From Escherichia coli (GTDB taxonomy: Bacteria > Pseudomonadota > Gammaproteobacteria > Enterobacterales > Enterobacteriaceae): a DNA stretch of 64,000 bases. The notes under the pieces were generated by a model. It ran no database searches, was not told where the DNA came from, and was given only the letters and a program-made list of their open reading frames with translations. The DNA lies in the NCBI RefSeq assembly GCF_029227855.1, contig NZ_CP074356.1, one strand, 5' to 3'. This document shows positions 16,130-27,721 of this stretch, in pieces. Both the position numbers and the translations under genes were made by a program. How positions within the stretch are numbered: the first letter of the stretch is position 1; each line of letters opens with the position of its first letter.

Positions 16130-18976
16130 TCAGAAAGTCACATTCAGCGTGGCCTGACCGTTATAACCTTCAGCGCTGCTGCCGCTGACACTGTGGGCAT
16201 AACCGGCCTGAACGCCCAGGGTGATATTTTCCCGGACACGGGCTTCCAGTCCGGCCTGCAGGTCCAGTGACGTGCCATTCCGGGACGGTGAGAACGTCAT
16301 GTTACTGCCGGCGGCGGCTGTCCCCATGCTCATGTCACCCCGGGAACTGAAGGTGCGGATAACAGAAGGCTGTACCCACCAGTTCACCGGCAGTTCACGC
16401 ACACGGTGTTTTGCACTGTCGCGCAGGGTGTCACGGGATGAGGTGCCTTCACCAAAGCTCATATCGTTGTGGCTGCCCAGACGGAAACCGGCACGCACAT
16501 GTTGTGCACTGCCATGCCCGAACTTCACATAACCGGCGTTATCCTGGCCGTCATCCAGGGAAAGTCCCTGCCAGGTATACTGCAGTTGTGGCTCCAGCAT
16601 CAGGTTGTCAGTGATACTGAAGGGCAGACCGGTTTCCAGTGAGCCCAGCCAGCCCCAGCCGCGGGCGCGGAAGTCGTTATTGTCCGATGACGCTTTCATG
16701 CTGTGGCGGGTTCCCTGTGCCACAATGTCAGCCCACAGGCCGGAGGACGTGTGTGTCAGATTCAGGTATCCGCCCAGGCTGCCGGCATCATCCCGGACCG
16801 TGCCGGCGCGGGAACCGTCATCATCCTTAACATCAACGGAAGAATGGCCTGCGGCACCATGCACCCCTGTCGTCAGAGACATACCGGCAACCTCTGTTCT
16901 GAGCAGGTCACCCTCCAGACGGACGAAGCCATAGCTGCCGCTGCTTTCCGGCGTGGCTCCACGGGCAATACCGCCGTTGTTATCGTGACCGAGATGACCG
17001 CCCTGAATGCTGAGACGGACGCTGTTATTTTCACCGTTTACACCGGTCTGATGGCTGCGGGAGCCTGCCAGAATCCGGTCATAGTCCATTGCCTGTGTCA
17101 GCATGGAGGCATACAGGGGGACTTCAGCACGATAAGCATTTTCACTGCGCAGGTACCAGTCTTCATCGCTGTCACGGTTCAGGGTGTAGTTAAAGGCGCC
17201 GGCCTGAAGCGGGCGACTCAGGGCAAATGCACCTTCTTCTGTGGTGGCGCCATTCTGTGCATCCACAACCCGGATACCCTGTCCGGAGGTTGCCACCCCG
17301 AGGTTACTGTTTCCGACATTTGTAAACGCAAGCCAGGTTTTGCCGGTTGCCTGACCACCATTAATCACCAGCTGGTCAGAGGTATTGCTGCCATCAAGGC
17401 GAACACGCATATTGATGGTGCCACCCTGACCGGTGAGGTTACTGGTGGTCAGTTTATGGAACGTTACCGGGGAGTCGCCTTTTGCAACAGCACGGCTCAG
17501 CGCGGCATCCGGTGTCGTCTGATTATCAAAGCGAATCTCCCCTGCGTTAACAATATCGCCGGTACTGACCACATCGCCATTCAGTACCATGCTGGCACCT
17601 TTACTGAGCTGTGTTCTGCCACTCAGACTTCCCCCGGCAGCCAGCGTCAGTGTTCCACGATGTCCGACAGTGGTGTTGCTGGCCAGTCCTCCGGCATTAA
17701 CCGTAAAGCTGCCGCCATTTTCCAGCAGCAGTCCGCTGGCCTGACCGGATGTGCCATCAATACTGAACTTACCGCTGGCATTGGTCCCCTCAACAGTGGC
17801 ACCACTGTCTGCAATCAGGGCACTACCGGATGTCATGGTGACATCTGTTGCCTTACCACCGGCAGACACTGCCAGGGTTCCGCCGTCATCCACCAGTGTT
17901 TTCCAGGCTGAATGGCCCTCCAGTACATCCAGGCGACCACCGGACTCCAGAACAACACCGTCAGCATTACCGTTTTCCACAGTGAAATTGCCCAGACGGT
18001 TGCTGCCGGTGACGGTTGCCGCCGTACTGGTGACCAGTGCGCCTCCCTGCTTCAGGGTGACATTCGTGGCTGTACCACCGGCGTTCACCTGCAGTTTGCC
18101 TTTCTGGTTAACGGTGGTGAAATCCGCCAGACCACCTTCCTTGACAATCTGCCAGCCGTCACTGTTTACAACCGTGTCAGAGGCTGTGCCTCCGTTGTGC
18201 ACATACTGGTAACCGCCATTCAGTGTGGTATCCAGCGCATGCCCGTGTACCGTCTGGTCGCCGCCGGCATAAACCACAGTGGTATTTGCTGTTCCTTCAG
18301 CAGCCACAATCTGACGACCATTTTCATTGATAGTGGTACGTACGGCATTTCCGCGAACAAACTGCCCGGTATCACCATTTTCTGCATCCGGTCCCCCTTC
18401 CGCGCCGGTATTCACAACCGTGTCGGTTGCCATTGCGCCGGATTTGACGGCCTGCCAGCCCTTCTCATTAATGACGGTACCCGTTGCAATCCCGCCTTCA
18501 TGTACCCACTGCTCACCGCCGTTCAGAGTGGTGTTCACTGCCTGCCCCTGAAGGCTCTGTCCGCCTCCGGCACTGATAACCGTGTCTGAAACGCTTCCTC
18601 CGGCATTCACTCTCTGAAGACCACCACCGGTGACAGTAGTGTTGTTGGCGATACCGCCATTTTGTATCCATTGTCCGCCGGTATTGGCCTCGTTATCCGG
18701 CCCATACTCCAGACCGGTACTGATGGTCATTCCGTTGGCCGTACCGAAGACAATCTGGTTGTCATGATTTGTCAGTGTTCCGCCGCTCACGGTTTCTCCC
18801 GCCTGTACGACCGTGTCAGCAGCCAGTACCGGGACTGACGTGACAGCAGCAAGAGACAGCGCAACCGCCACACCGGTGCGTTTTCCCCGTGAGCGCGCCA
18901 GTTCGGAAGCCACCACCAGGGTGCCCGTAATGTGATTCCATACCAGCCTGTAGCTGGTGTTCAGATGTCGTTTCAT
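16130..18976 (-). CDS. flu: antigen 43 (AIDA-I-type self-associating autotransporter adhesin)
   Basis: 948 aa; N-terminal extended signal peptide [15 protein letters not shown], repetitive beta-helix passenger, C-terminal beta-barrel ending …ATLNVTF. Confidence 0.9.
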   Translation of the reverse strand: MKRHLNTSYRLVWNHITGTLVVASELARSRGKRTGVAVALSLAAVTSVPVLAADTVVQAGETVSGGTLTNHDNQIVFGTANGMTISTGLEYGPDNEANTGGQWIQNGGIANNTTVTGGGLQRVNAGGSVSDTVISAGGGQSLQGQAVNTTLNGGEQWVHEGGIATGTVINEKGWQAVKSGAMATDTVVNTGAEGGPDAENGDTGQFVRGNAVRTTINENGRQIVAAEGTANTTVVYAGGDQTVHGHALDTTLNGGYQYVHNGGTASDTVVNSDGWQIVKEGGLADFTTVNQKGKLQVNAGGTATNVTLKQGGALVTSTAATVTGSNRLGNFTVENGNADGVVLESGGRLDVLEGHSAWKTLVDDGGTLAVSAGGKATDVTMTSGSALIADSGATVEGTNASGKFSIDGTSGQASGLLLENGGSFTVNAGGLASNTTVGHRGTLTLAAGGSLSGRTQLSKGASMVLNGDVVSTGDIVNAGEIRFDNQTTPDAALSRAVAKGDSPVTFHKLTTSNLTGQGGTINMRVRLDGSNTSDQLVINGGQATGKTWLAFTNVGNSNLGVATSGQGIRVVDAQNGATTEEGAFALSRPLQAGAFNYTLNRDSDEDWYLRSENAYRAEVPLYASMLTQAMDYDRILAGSRSHQTGVNGENNSVRLSIQGGHLGHDNNGGIARGATPESSGSYGFVRLEGDLLRTEVAGMSLTTGVHGAAGHSSVDVKDDDGSRAGTVRDDAGSLGGYLNLTHTSSGLWADIVAQGTRHSMKASSDNNDFRARGWGWLGSLETGLPFSITDNLMLEPQLQYTWQGLSLDDGQDNAGYVKFGHGSAQHVRAGFRLGSHNDMSFGEGTSSRDTLRDSAKHRVRELPVNWWVQPSVIRTFSSRGDMSMGTAAAGSNMTFSPSRNGTSLDLQAGLEARVRENITLGVQAGYAHSVSGSSAEGYNGQATLNVTF

Positions 18977-19194
18977 CAGCTTTTCCTTACAGAGGGTGAA
19001 TAAAAAAGCCGGTACCCACAAATGTGGATACCGGCAGGTACAAAACAGCATGGTCAGATAAAGTGGTTTTTCCCGGACATAAATGCTTCCCCTCTCTCAT
19101 CCGCCAGAGAAGTATCAGTCCGTTGTGTGCAATTCCGTTCTGCATGATGAAGAGATTCAGCTGCCTTTTCGCAGGCCATTAACCACTATAAACG

Positions 19195-19230
19195 ATCGAT
19201 AGCAACGATCGATACCTGTTTTATCGATCG
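19195..19230. promoter_or_regulatory. three clustered GATC sites upstream of agn43 (Dam/OxyR phase-variation switch)
   Basis: GATC at 19195, 19208 and 19227 in the leader region of flu; the arrangement matches the known agn43 switch. Confidence 0.6.
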
Positions 19231-19347
19231 TTTTATTCTATTGATTACAAGGCGGTCACGCAAGAGAAACAGGAGGAGTATGAGGGGTTTGTGTCATGTT
19301 TTCAGTTGGTTAACGTAATGTTATCAGGCATTTCCCTGGCAGACTGT

Positions 19348-20220
19348 TCAGAAGAAAATCCAGTTCCATACAGCGCGGGCAACAGAGACCACCGTGTCAC
19401 GGACGGCACGCAGAACCGTACGGGCAACAGAGGCAACACAGACGCTCTCCGCCGTGTCAAATATCCGGTCCACCGCACCGGTAAACTGTTCACGGGCCTG
19501 AGCGCGGACAGATTCCGTGCGCAGCTCGTCCTGCAGGCGGGTCATCAGGGGACTGGCGGCATGGTCGGGAAGTGCTGTCATTAGCGCACTGACCAGCGTA
19601 TCCAGTTCCCAGCCGGTGCGGGCCGATACGGCAACAACCGGATGTACGGGCCGGAACAGCCGGAATACCGCATCTGTTTTCTCACGAATGTTCTGTGCCT
19701 GTGCGGGAGAAGGCTGAATGCCGGCCATATCCCATTCATGGCAGGGCTCCGTTTTGTCGGCCTGCGTCACCACAAACAGCACCTGCTGATGTCCCCGGTG
19801 CAGGATGTGTCGCCAGAAATACTCATCCACAGACAGGGCACGGTCATCGGCTTTAATCAGCCACAGTACCAGGTCAAGTTCAGGCAGAATGTCACGGTAC
19901 AGGGCTTCATACTCTGCATCCCTGTCCCGGCTCTCGCCCACCCCGGGCAGGTCAGTGATAATCATGCTGTGACCGTGGCCACTCAGACGGAAGCGCCGCA
20001 CTTCCCGGGTGCCGGCGTGAACATCACTGACCGGGGTGACCTCCCCCTGAAACAGTGCATTACAGAGTGAGGATTTACCGGCCCCGCTTTTACCCATAAT
20101 GCCAATCACGGGTTCGTGACTGGTGAGTTTGCGCAGATGTTCCAGGATGTGACGGGAAAGTGAGTAAGGCAGGGAGGGGAGCGGTTTTTCAATTGCCTCA
20201 ATGGCATCAGACGGATTCAT
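19348..20220 (-). CDS. YeeP/YfjP/YkfA-family putative GTPase
   Basis: P-loop GIMGKSGAGKSS and a downstream DLPG motif; start at MNPSDAIEA. Confidence 0.75.
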   Translation of the reverse strand: MNPSDAIEAIEKPLPSLPYSLSRHILEHLRKLTSHEPVIGIMGKSGAGKSSLCNALFQGEVTPVSDVHAGTREVRRFRLSGHGHSMIITDLPGVGESRDRDAEYEALYRDILPELDLVLWLIKADDRALSVDEYFWRHILHRGHQQVLFVVTQADKTEPCHEWDMAGIQPSPAQAQNIREKTDAVFRLFRPVHPVVAVSARTGWELDTLVSALMTALPDHAASPLMTRLQDELRTESVRAQAREQFTGAVDRIFDTAESVCVASVARTVLRAVRDTVVSVARAVWNWIFF

Positions 20221-20304
20221 ACATGTATTCCCGGTGAAAAAAGACAAAACCCCCGCACACCGGAAAGGTGGTGGGGGACTCACGGAGATAATATATGTCT
20301 GAAA

Positions 20305-21018
20305 TTATCTGGAATGTCGGTACCTTTTATACTCTTCAACAATCAGGTCATGCAGCATTTCGCCGGTACTGAGTCTTCTGACCCTCGATAATTCTTTGAG
20401 CTGCGCCCTGGTTTCTGCGTCAAGAAAAAACTGTACATTGACTTTATCTTCCTGCATTTTTTTGTACTTGCGCTGCGCCTTGGCCTTATTGAAACTGTTT
20501 CTGAAATTTTTTATATCGTCAGGTGAGGTGAGTGGACAGGTAACCCATATGTCAAATGAAAGGTGAATTGCGTGGTAAATATCAGCAGAACCAGGAAAAC
20601 TGGCCAGTTTTTCCAGTGCAATATTTTTTCCCTTCAAATAATTCCATGTCCATATGCATTCATGTTCGTTCTCCGGGAGGAGGTAACTGAAAGGACTCTT
20701 TGATTTAAATGCCCGCATCCATCTGTCTTTGGTCTGGATTATCCACTCATCCCGCAAATTCTTATCAGAAAGAATATCGAGAACTCTGAGTATTTGTCTG
20801 AACTGTGTCGATGAGTCCGACGGGAAGGCATTCCCTTCTAAATACTCTTCTTTAAGATACAGTTTATTCTTTTGAAGCAAGTCTGCGCTTATTTTTGTCC
20901 TGTTATTCTGGATAAACTGCATCAACAGATACCAGGAAAATAAGCATGCACGTTCACTGCCCGCGATCCAGGATATTTTTTCCAGGGGCACCAGGGAGGC
21001 CAGTGCCTTCAGACGCAT
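20305..21018 (-). CDS. hypothetical protein (237 aa)
   Basis: ORF only. Confidence 0.5.
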   Translation of the reverse strand: MRLKALASLVPLEKISWIAGSERACLFSWYLLMQFIQNNRTKISADLLQKNKLYLKEEYLEGNAFPSDSSTQFRQILRVLDILSDKNLRDEWIIQTKDRWMRAFKSKSPFSYLLPENEHECIWTWNYLKGKNIALEKLASFPGSADIYHAIHLSFDIWVTCPLTSPDDIKNFRNSFNKAKAQRKYKKMQEDKVNVQFFLDAETRAQLKELSRVRRLSTGEMLHDLIVEEYKRYRHSR

Positions 21019-22406
21019 ACCAGAAATGATTTGTTCAAGTTCAAAATCTGAAAGTGTGATGTTCAGATTTTCTCTGTTTTTTTTATGTAAGCGATAAAAC
21101 GTTCCGGGGGATCATAAACATTAAGGGGCAGTACGGAGATATTACGCTCTCCAAGATAATAAGAGTAATACGCATTTGTTCTTTCATTCATAACCTTATC
21201 CGACAAAATTTTCTGAACCATCCTCTTTCTCCGGTTGCTTAAAAATTAAACATAATAAGGTGATAATAACATGATAAAAAGAAGTTTATAATGGTATATT
21301 AAGGTGGTCAATAAAAAGGCAATCTGCGCGCTGTACAGTCATTCTGACAGGAAATGCAGGAGGAAGGGAAGGTAACCGGCTTCGTTATGCTGACAGGAAT
21401 ACCTGTTATCATGGAAGTGCACTCATGTGGCCGACGTAGCTTAAGAGGATGGAAGAGTGGAGACTGCAGACAGGGGGTATTGAAAGGTAAACATGTTTCG
21501 CCCGCCAGCTGCACCGGGGGCCAGCATCACTTTTTTTACGTTGTAACCCGGTATGCATTCCGGCTTTGATGATTACAGTCAGAGGGCAGCAGACTGACGT
21601 TATTTAACCGGACAGAAAAATTATGGACACTGAAATATCGTCTGTTAATACCTCGTTTGTCGGTGTGGTATTCCCTGTATTACCGGCGTCACCGATAAAG
21701 AGAGTTATAAACGCCAGAAAGGTACCTCCTTTATGCCGGGGAACACTTACGGAAAATGAAGTCTGAAAAGGAGCACAATGAAAAGAGGCGTGTCCCGTAA
21801 ATATAGGGGCAAATCCAAGGTGATACCAGAGGGCATTAAACTGTCGCCACGGATAAGAATATACAACATTTCTGATAACAAAACATCATAACGTGTTTCA
21901 GATATGTTCCGGCATCAGTCTGACGGATATTATTTCCCGGTAAAACAAACCGGCTACTGTAACGGTTAACTGTATCTGCATAAATTATTTATGATGAAAG
22001 AACAGTATTACGGATTCAAATATCATCCTGTTTGCATTCAGGCGGACATTCCCGGATGCCGGAAAGAATATCCTGCAGGCTGAGTGAGTCTCTTCCACAG
22101 TGCCGGGATCGCTGTCGCCACGTACATATTGTCACCAGGATGGGTATGTACCGCAGCATGCCATTTCTGGTGAATAACCGCACCTGCACATTCAGTCTGC
22201 TGAGAACCTGGCGTGTATCGGGCTGTAAAGAACATCCCTGTCCGTGGCTCCTCTGGTGGTGTTGCCTGCTCAGCAATGACAGGATGCCCTTAAGACGCCC
22301 GTCATGGCTCAGTATGATGACGACGAACACGCTCTGCAGGTGAGCATGCGGGGCCGGGAGCATCATCATTTCCGTATTTTGTCACACCTTCCGGAAGCAA
22401 CCGGCA

Positions 22407-23024
22407 TCAGTTGCGGCTATCGTCAACCGTTGTGCGGTATGCCAGGAGCACGTACTGATCCATCAGATCCGTCAGTGCTGCGCTCTGCCTCTGACGGTTG
22501 ATGATCCATTCCTCCAGCTCTTTTTCTGATTTCCGTTTCAGGTTCTCTTTCCAGTCTTCAAGGCTGTTTCCGGTCATTAAATCAAGCCAGCAAAGCCAGA
22601 CCAGTTTGAGGCGCAACTCCGTGCCACCAAACTGACGGAAGAGGCTGATCAGTTTATTTGCCAGAGAACGCTGCCTCAGACGTTCACATTCAGACAGGAG
22701 AATGCCTTCCAGCATCGGATGATGAACCAGCAGATGTTCACTGGTGCATAAATTCACAATCAGATCATCATCCAGGGGCGGCGTGGCCCGTTTGTCAGGG
22801 CCATAAATCAGCCGGTGCAGGCTCTGGGGTACGATGGCAATCTCCGGTTTTTCACCATTGAATGACACCCAACCGGGCGTCAGATTATGGAAGTAGTAGA
22901 TATTCGGATGACACACGCCCCAGGATACGGCGTGCCGGGTGAAGCCGGTCAGCCATTTCTGGTAGCTTTCGTGGAGCCATTCGTAGCGGGTCTGATACTG
23001 TTGTTTCATTTTCATATTCCTCAC
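22407..23024 (-). CDS. hypothetical protein (205 aa)
   Basis: ORF only. Confidence 0.5.
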   Translation of the reverse strand: MRNMKMKQQYQTRYEWLHESYQKWLTGFTRHAVSWGVCHPNIYYFHNLTPGWVSFNGEKPEIAIVPQSLHRLIYGPDKRATPPLDDDLIVNLCTSEHLLVHHPMLEGILLSECERLRQRSLANKLISLFRQFGGTELRLKLVWLCWLDLMTGNSLEDWKENLKRKSEKELEEWIINRQRQSAALTDLMDQYVLLAYRTTVDDSRN

Positions 23025-23103
23025 GGGGATATAACAGGCAGCAGAATGCCGCCGGCAGGCCGGGGATTACGTCTGCTGCGGGTGAACGGATAACGGTCAG
23101 AAA

Positions 23104-23310
23104 TTACGGGCGGGGCTGTGCAATACGCGCCTGTAGCCAGGCTTCCACTTCACTTTTCAGCCAGCGGGAGCTGCGGCCCAGCTTGATGGGAGCCGGAAAG
23201 GCCCCATCCCTGATGAGCCTGTAAAACCACTTATCTGTCAGGCCGTTCAGTTGAGTGATAAATGCCATGTCGACCATCTGGTCATCCATCAGTGAAACTG
23301 GGGTAGCCAT
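23104..23310 (-). CDS. alpA: AlpA-family phage transcriptional regulator
   Basis: 68 aa, …MAFITQLNGLTDKWFYRLIRDGAFPAPIKLGRSSRWLKSEVEAWL…. Confidence 0.7.
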   Translation of the reverse strand: MATPVSLMDDQMVDMAFITQLNGLTDKWFYRLIRDGAFPAPIKLGRSSRWLKSEVEAWLQARIAQPRP

Positions 23311-24538
23311 GAGAATGTTCCTCCGGATGTTGTTAAACCAGCCGGTGTGGTCATGAAAACAGCGCGCCACCTTCACCGGCATAACAACCGGGGAGAAACG
23401 TAAAAAATAATCGGGAATGTGACCGCCAGGAGATAAACGGGGAGGTTGCGGTGGCTGAGCCGTACCGGTATACCGGGTGGTTGTTGCGAAAAGATGCTTC
23501 CGCACGCACGCGCGATAAAGAGGGGATAGTTTTCGTGAGGACAGGGAGAGAAGCAGGCGTTCTGATAATTGCAGAGTTGTTTTCGGAGGTGGTTACAGTG
23601 AGTCAGCCCGTTCCTGGCGAGGAGGAGACTGATATCACCGATGGGATAAGGCTGTCTGATTGGTATTATAAATATAAGAAGTCATCAGAGAGTAACGTAA
23701 AGGATTTGCCAGAGTAAGCTAAGAGAGTAAATCTCTCCGGTAACAGAGCGCTGTGAATCGTTCATGTATCAGAGTGCAGATACATGAACGCTGATGCGTA
23801 AAATCAGCAGTGACACGCCAGCTCCCCCTGTGCCCATTCCTGTATAAGACATGAACTGAGCGTATTAATGCTCCTGCCCTGAGACTGAGCGGTGAGTGAG
23901 GGGCTGAGAAATCCCTCTTGACAATGCTCTAAACCAGAAATACTTCCCCGGTTGTTGCGGTGCGTCCGGATCCCCGATAACGGAACACTAAGGCTGTATT
24001 GCGGGACACCAGGTAAGTGGCAGCCCGTAATACGTCAGGAGACGCGGGAAAAGTGAATTCCCACACGCGTTATAAACTTACCCTTGCGGAGCTGGAAGCC
24101 TTTAACTCTGCCGTTGACAACCGGCTGGCAGAACTGACAATGAACAAACTTTACGATCGCGCGCCGGCTTCCGTCTGGAAATATGTCACCTGAATATTGA
24201 AGCAGCGCTACGATGACTCCGGTGTTATCTGCACCGGAGGACCGGGAACATTAAGCGGTATAGCGACAACAAAGAATTCGAAATCAAAAGGGAATGGTGC
24301 CGGAGGCGTGGGCGGTAATAGGCTGATTTTCAGGTATTACCGGCTTACAACGTGTGGTTGATATTGAGGGGCTGTGAGTTTCGCGTATTTGTCAGAAACC
24401 CAGATGAGTTTTCCTGTATGGGACGAAATAAGGCAGCGGCAATACCTGGAAAATTTAATATGGTATGAAGGAGAACCTGTCGGTTACGCTTAATATACAC
24501 GGTACACTGTCAGCTCAGGGGATACATGAACCGTTATC

Positions 24539-24742
24539 TCACCAGCTACACAGTATACACACACTGACGCTGACAGTAGTCAGCAGGACCACAATAATCA
24601 GCGCCAGCAGTATGGTAACGATACGGTCTGTATTCCGGTAGTAGCCGAAGGGGTCGACAGAACCACAATACGGGCAACACACTGTATTATGAGTAATCGC
24701 GTTTCCACAATCCCTGCACTTCTTTTTGCGTATCACCATCAC
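24539..24742 (-). CDS. small zinc-ribbon protein with C-terminal transmembrane helix (67 aa)
   Basis: CRDCG...CPYCG followed by a hydrophobic stretch. Confidence 0.35.
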   Translation of the reverse strand: MMVIRKKKCRDCGNAITHNTVCCPYCGSVDPFGYYRNTDRIVTILLALIIVVLLTTVSVSVCILCSW

Positions 24743-24901
24743 TCCCTCCTCACAGCCTTACCCGTAACCGGTTTTTTACATTAAAAAACGACGCTGAAAA
24801 TTCAACCGTCAGTCCGGAGACGACCGTTCGGGTTATCACAGAGTGCCTGAGACAGTGTCCTGCCGGAGGTCACTTCAGGGACTCTGCGCATTTTTTACGA
24901 C

Positions 24902-25507
24902 GTGGCTATTCCGTATGAACCATACGGAGATTTAACCATGACCTACAAATACAACCCCTTCTGGCAGCAACGTATTCGTGAGACGGTGCGGCACGCACTG
25001 AATGTTCATCCCCGCCTGACGGCATTGCGGGTTGACCTGCGTCTCCCGGATGTACCGGCAGCAACGGACGCAGCTGTGATATCCCGCTTCATCAATGCCC
25101 TGAAAGCCCGAATCGACGCTTACCAGAAACGTAAGCATCGGAAAGGTAAACGCGTGCATCCCACCACCCTGCATTACGTCTGGGCCCGGGAGTTTGGGGA
25201 GTTCAAAGGTAAAAAACACTATCACCTGATGCTGCTGGTCAACCGGGATACCTGGTGTCGTGCCGGTGATTACCGCGCTCCGGAGTCTCTGGCCGGGATG
25301 ATTAAACAGGCGTGGTGCAGTGCCCTGGGAGTGGATGTCGGGTGCCATGCCACGCTGGTGCATTTTCCGGCCTGGCCGGCGGTGTGGCTGGCGCGTAATG
25401 ATGACACCGGCTTTCAGCAAGTGCTGGAACGTGCTGACTATCTGGCGAAAGAGCATACCAAAGCTCACTGCACCGGTGAGCGCAATTTTGGCTGTAGCCG
25501 GAGTTGA
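24902..25507 (+). CDS. YagK/YfjJ-family (inovirus Gp2-like) protein
   Basis: Family resemblance recalled from memory; start may be the internal ATG (MTYKYNPFWQQ). Confidence 0.5.
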   Translation: MAIPYEPYGDLTMTYKYNPFWQQRIRETVRHALNVHPRLTALRVDLRLPDVPAATDAAVISRFINALKARIDAYQKRKHRKGKRVHPTTLHYVWAREFGEFKGKKHYHLMLLVNRDTWCRAGDYRAPESLAGMIKQAWCSALGVDVGCHATLVHFPAWPAVWLARNDDTGFQQVLERADYLAKEHTKAHCTGERNFGCSRS

Positions 25508-25760
25508 GCACGACTGGCGCGCCAATATCCGGCAAACCAAAAGTATGGGTTGTTGTCTGGCGGCAACGATGTATCCACTCGCCCACTGACTGTTTTTTAC
25601 GTCAGTGTTCCATTGTGTGACAACCACAGTGCTGTAACAGCAACCAGCCTGCTTTACCCAAACTCCAGTCCAGATTTTAACTGAACCGCCATTCACACCC
25701 TGACCACGCTGCCCGTACCGGGACGGCTGTTGCCTGCGTGTCGTCTGGCGGCTAAGGAAT

Positions 25761-26168
25761 ATGACTATGTACGCAAAATCCTTTATCGCTCTTGATGGCA
25801 ACGGACGTCTGACGGGCGCCCGTACTGCACAGGACGCACCTTATGCTAACTACACCTGCCACTTGTGTGGCAGTGCACTCAGATACCATCCGCAATACGA
25901 CACTGAACTTCCCTGGTTTGAACACACTGACGACAGGCTGACAGAGCACGGTCAACAGTGCCCTTATGTCAGGCCGGAGCGCAGAGAAATACAGTTGATT
26001 AAACGTCTGCAGCAATTCGTATCGGATGCCTTACCCGTGGTGCGTAAAGCCAGCTGGCACTGCAGACAATGTCACCACGATTATTATGGGGAGCAGTACT
26101 GCACACACTGCCAGACCGGAGGATTCAGTATTCCCCGGACAACTCAGGAGGAAATATGCGAATTCTGA
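25761..26168 (+). CDS. cysteine-rich putative zinc-binding protein (135 aa)
   Basis: CHLCG ... PWFEH ... WHCRQCHHDYYGEQYCTHCQTG. Confidence 0.5.
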   Translation: MTMYAKSFIALDGNGRLTGARTAQDAPYANYTCHLCGSALRYHPQYDTELPWFEHTDDRLTEHGQQCPYVRPERREIQLIKRLQQFVSDALPVVRKASWHCRQCHHDYYGEQYCTHCQTGGFSIPRTTQEEICEF

Positions 26169-26590
26169 ACTGTTATATGGCGAATGACAGCAAAGGCCAT
26201 TTTGTTACGGCGAAAGAAGCTGCGAAGCACAACCGACAGGACGTTTTGTGCTGTGTGTCCTGTGGATGCCCGTTAACACTTCAGCGGGGCAATGACGGAC
26301 AACCACCGTGGTTTGAACATGACCAGATGACTGTCGCTGAAAAAATCCTGCTGCGATGTACCTGGCTTGACCCGGCGGAGAAAGAGGCCCGTCGTTTGCA
26401 TCTGCAGGGCATGACGGTTCCGGATTATACGGTGAAGGTGAGAAAGTGGTTTTGTGTGATGTGTGACGAAGATTATGAGGGGGAAAAGTGCTGCCCACGC
26501 TGCGGTACCGGGGTATACAGCAGGGCGTGGGGGCGGCAGGAGGTGCCGTCGGAAGATGCCAGGGCTGATAATCCGTTACAGAGGCTGTAA
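26157..26590 (+). CDS. cysteine-rich putative zinc-binding protein, tandem paralog of the preceding gene
   Basis: CVSCGC ... PWFEH ... WFCVMCDEDYEGEKCCPRCGTG; start at MRILNCYMAND overlaps the upstream stop. Confidence 0.5.
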
Positions 26591-27321
26591 TGGTTGCCTC
26601 CGGAGCAGTTTGCGGTGATGCCTTTCCCGGGAATGGATTGCCAGTGCGGGGACTGTGGAGCTTAATTCCGGTGTTGGTGGCCTTTCCGTTGATTTTATGC
26701 CAACAGCCCCCTGTGACTGACAGGCTGCCTCGTCATTCCATTCGTATCTCCAGTAACAGGGGGTTGTATTGTATTTTATTGTGCCGGTTCAGGTGTGCGT
26801 TTCCCGGCGCGTCTGCACCGGCTTAACCAAATTCAACAGGGATAAAATAGTGGTAAGCGTACAGCCTGAACCGTCTGGTCAGAATCTGACGAATTAGACA
26901 AAGTGGTGTCCACCAAATAAGTAGTGGGAACCAAAGTGTCAGATATGCAGAAAAATGTGACTCCCGGCAGGTGAAAAGGCTGCCCTAATTATCCTCCCGA
27001 ATTTAAACAGCAGCTCGTTGCTGCCTCCTGTGAACCCGGGATATCCATCTCAAAACTTGCTCTTGAAAATGGCATTAACGCCAATCTGTTGTTCAAATGG
27101 CGACAACAATGGCGCGAGGGAAAGCTGCTATTACCTTCTTCAGAGAGCCCCCAGCTACTTCCTGTGACTCCCGATGCAGCTGCCGAACAGCCAGAATCGC
27201 TCGCAGAGGACCCGGAAACCCTCAGTATCAGCTGTGAGGTAACGTTCCGGCACGGGACGCTCCGCTTCAATGGCAATGTCAGCGAAAAGCTCCTGACTCT
27301 GCTGATACAGGAACTGAAGCG

Positions 27322-27669
27322 ATGATCCCGTTACCTTCCGGGACCAAAATTTGGCTGGTTGCCGGTATCACCGATATGAGAAATGGCTTCAACGGCCTGG
27401 CTGCGAAAGTACAGACGGCGCTGAAAGACGATCCCATGTCCGGCCATGTTTTCATTTTCCGGGGCCGCAGCGGCAGTCAGGTTAAACTGCTGTGGTCCAC
27501 CGGTGACGGACTGTGCCTCCTGACCAAACGGCTGGAGCGTGGGCGCTTCGCCTGGCCGTCAGCCCGTGATGGCAAAGTGTTCCTTACGCAGGCGCAGCTG
27601 GCGATGCTGCTGGAAGGTATCGACTGGCGACAGCCCAAGCGGCTGCTGACCTCCCTGACCATGCTGTAA
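27322..27669 (+). CDS. tnpB: IS66-family accessory protein TnpB
   Basis: 115 aa, MIPLPSGTKIWLVAGITDMRNGFNGLAAKVQ…. Confidence 0.8.
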   Translation: MIPLPSGTKIWLVAGITDMRNGFNGLAAKVQTALKDDPMSGHVFIFRGRSGSQVKLLWSTGDGLCLLTKRLERGRFAWPSARDGKVFLTQAQLAMLLEGIDWRQPKRLLTSLTML

Positions 27670-27721
27670 ATCTCTTTATCCTGGTTGTCACAGAATAAGC
27701 CCGGTAAAATACGGGCTTATG

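Noticed and set aside
16703-17911. 402-aa plus-strand ORF (and several other long plus-strand ORFs between 16221 and 18589) inside the agn43 region
   Set aside because: They lie antisense to antigen 43, whose repetitive GC-rich sequence generates long open frames on the opposite strand; no start context or recognisable domains.
24932-25801. 289-aa minus-strand ORF overlapping the YagK/YfjJ-like gene
   Set aside because: Antisense overlap with a better-supported plus-strand gene.
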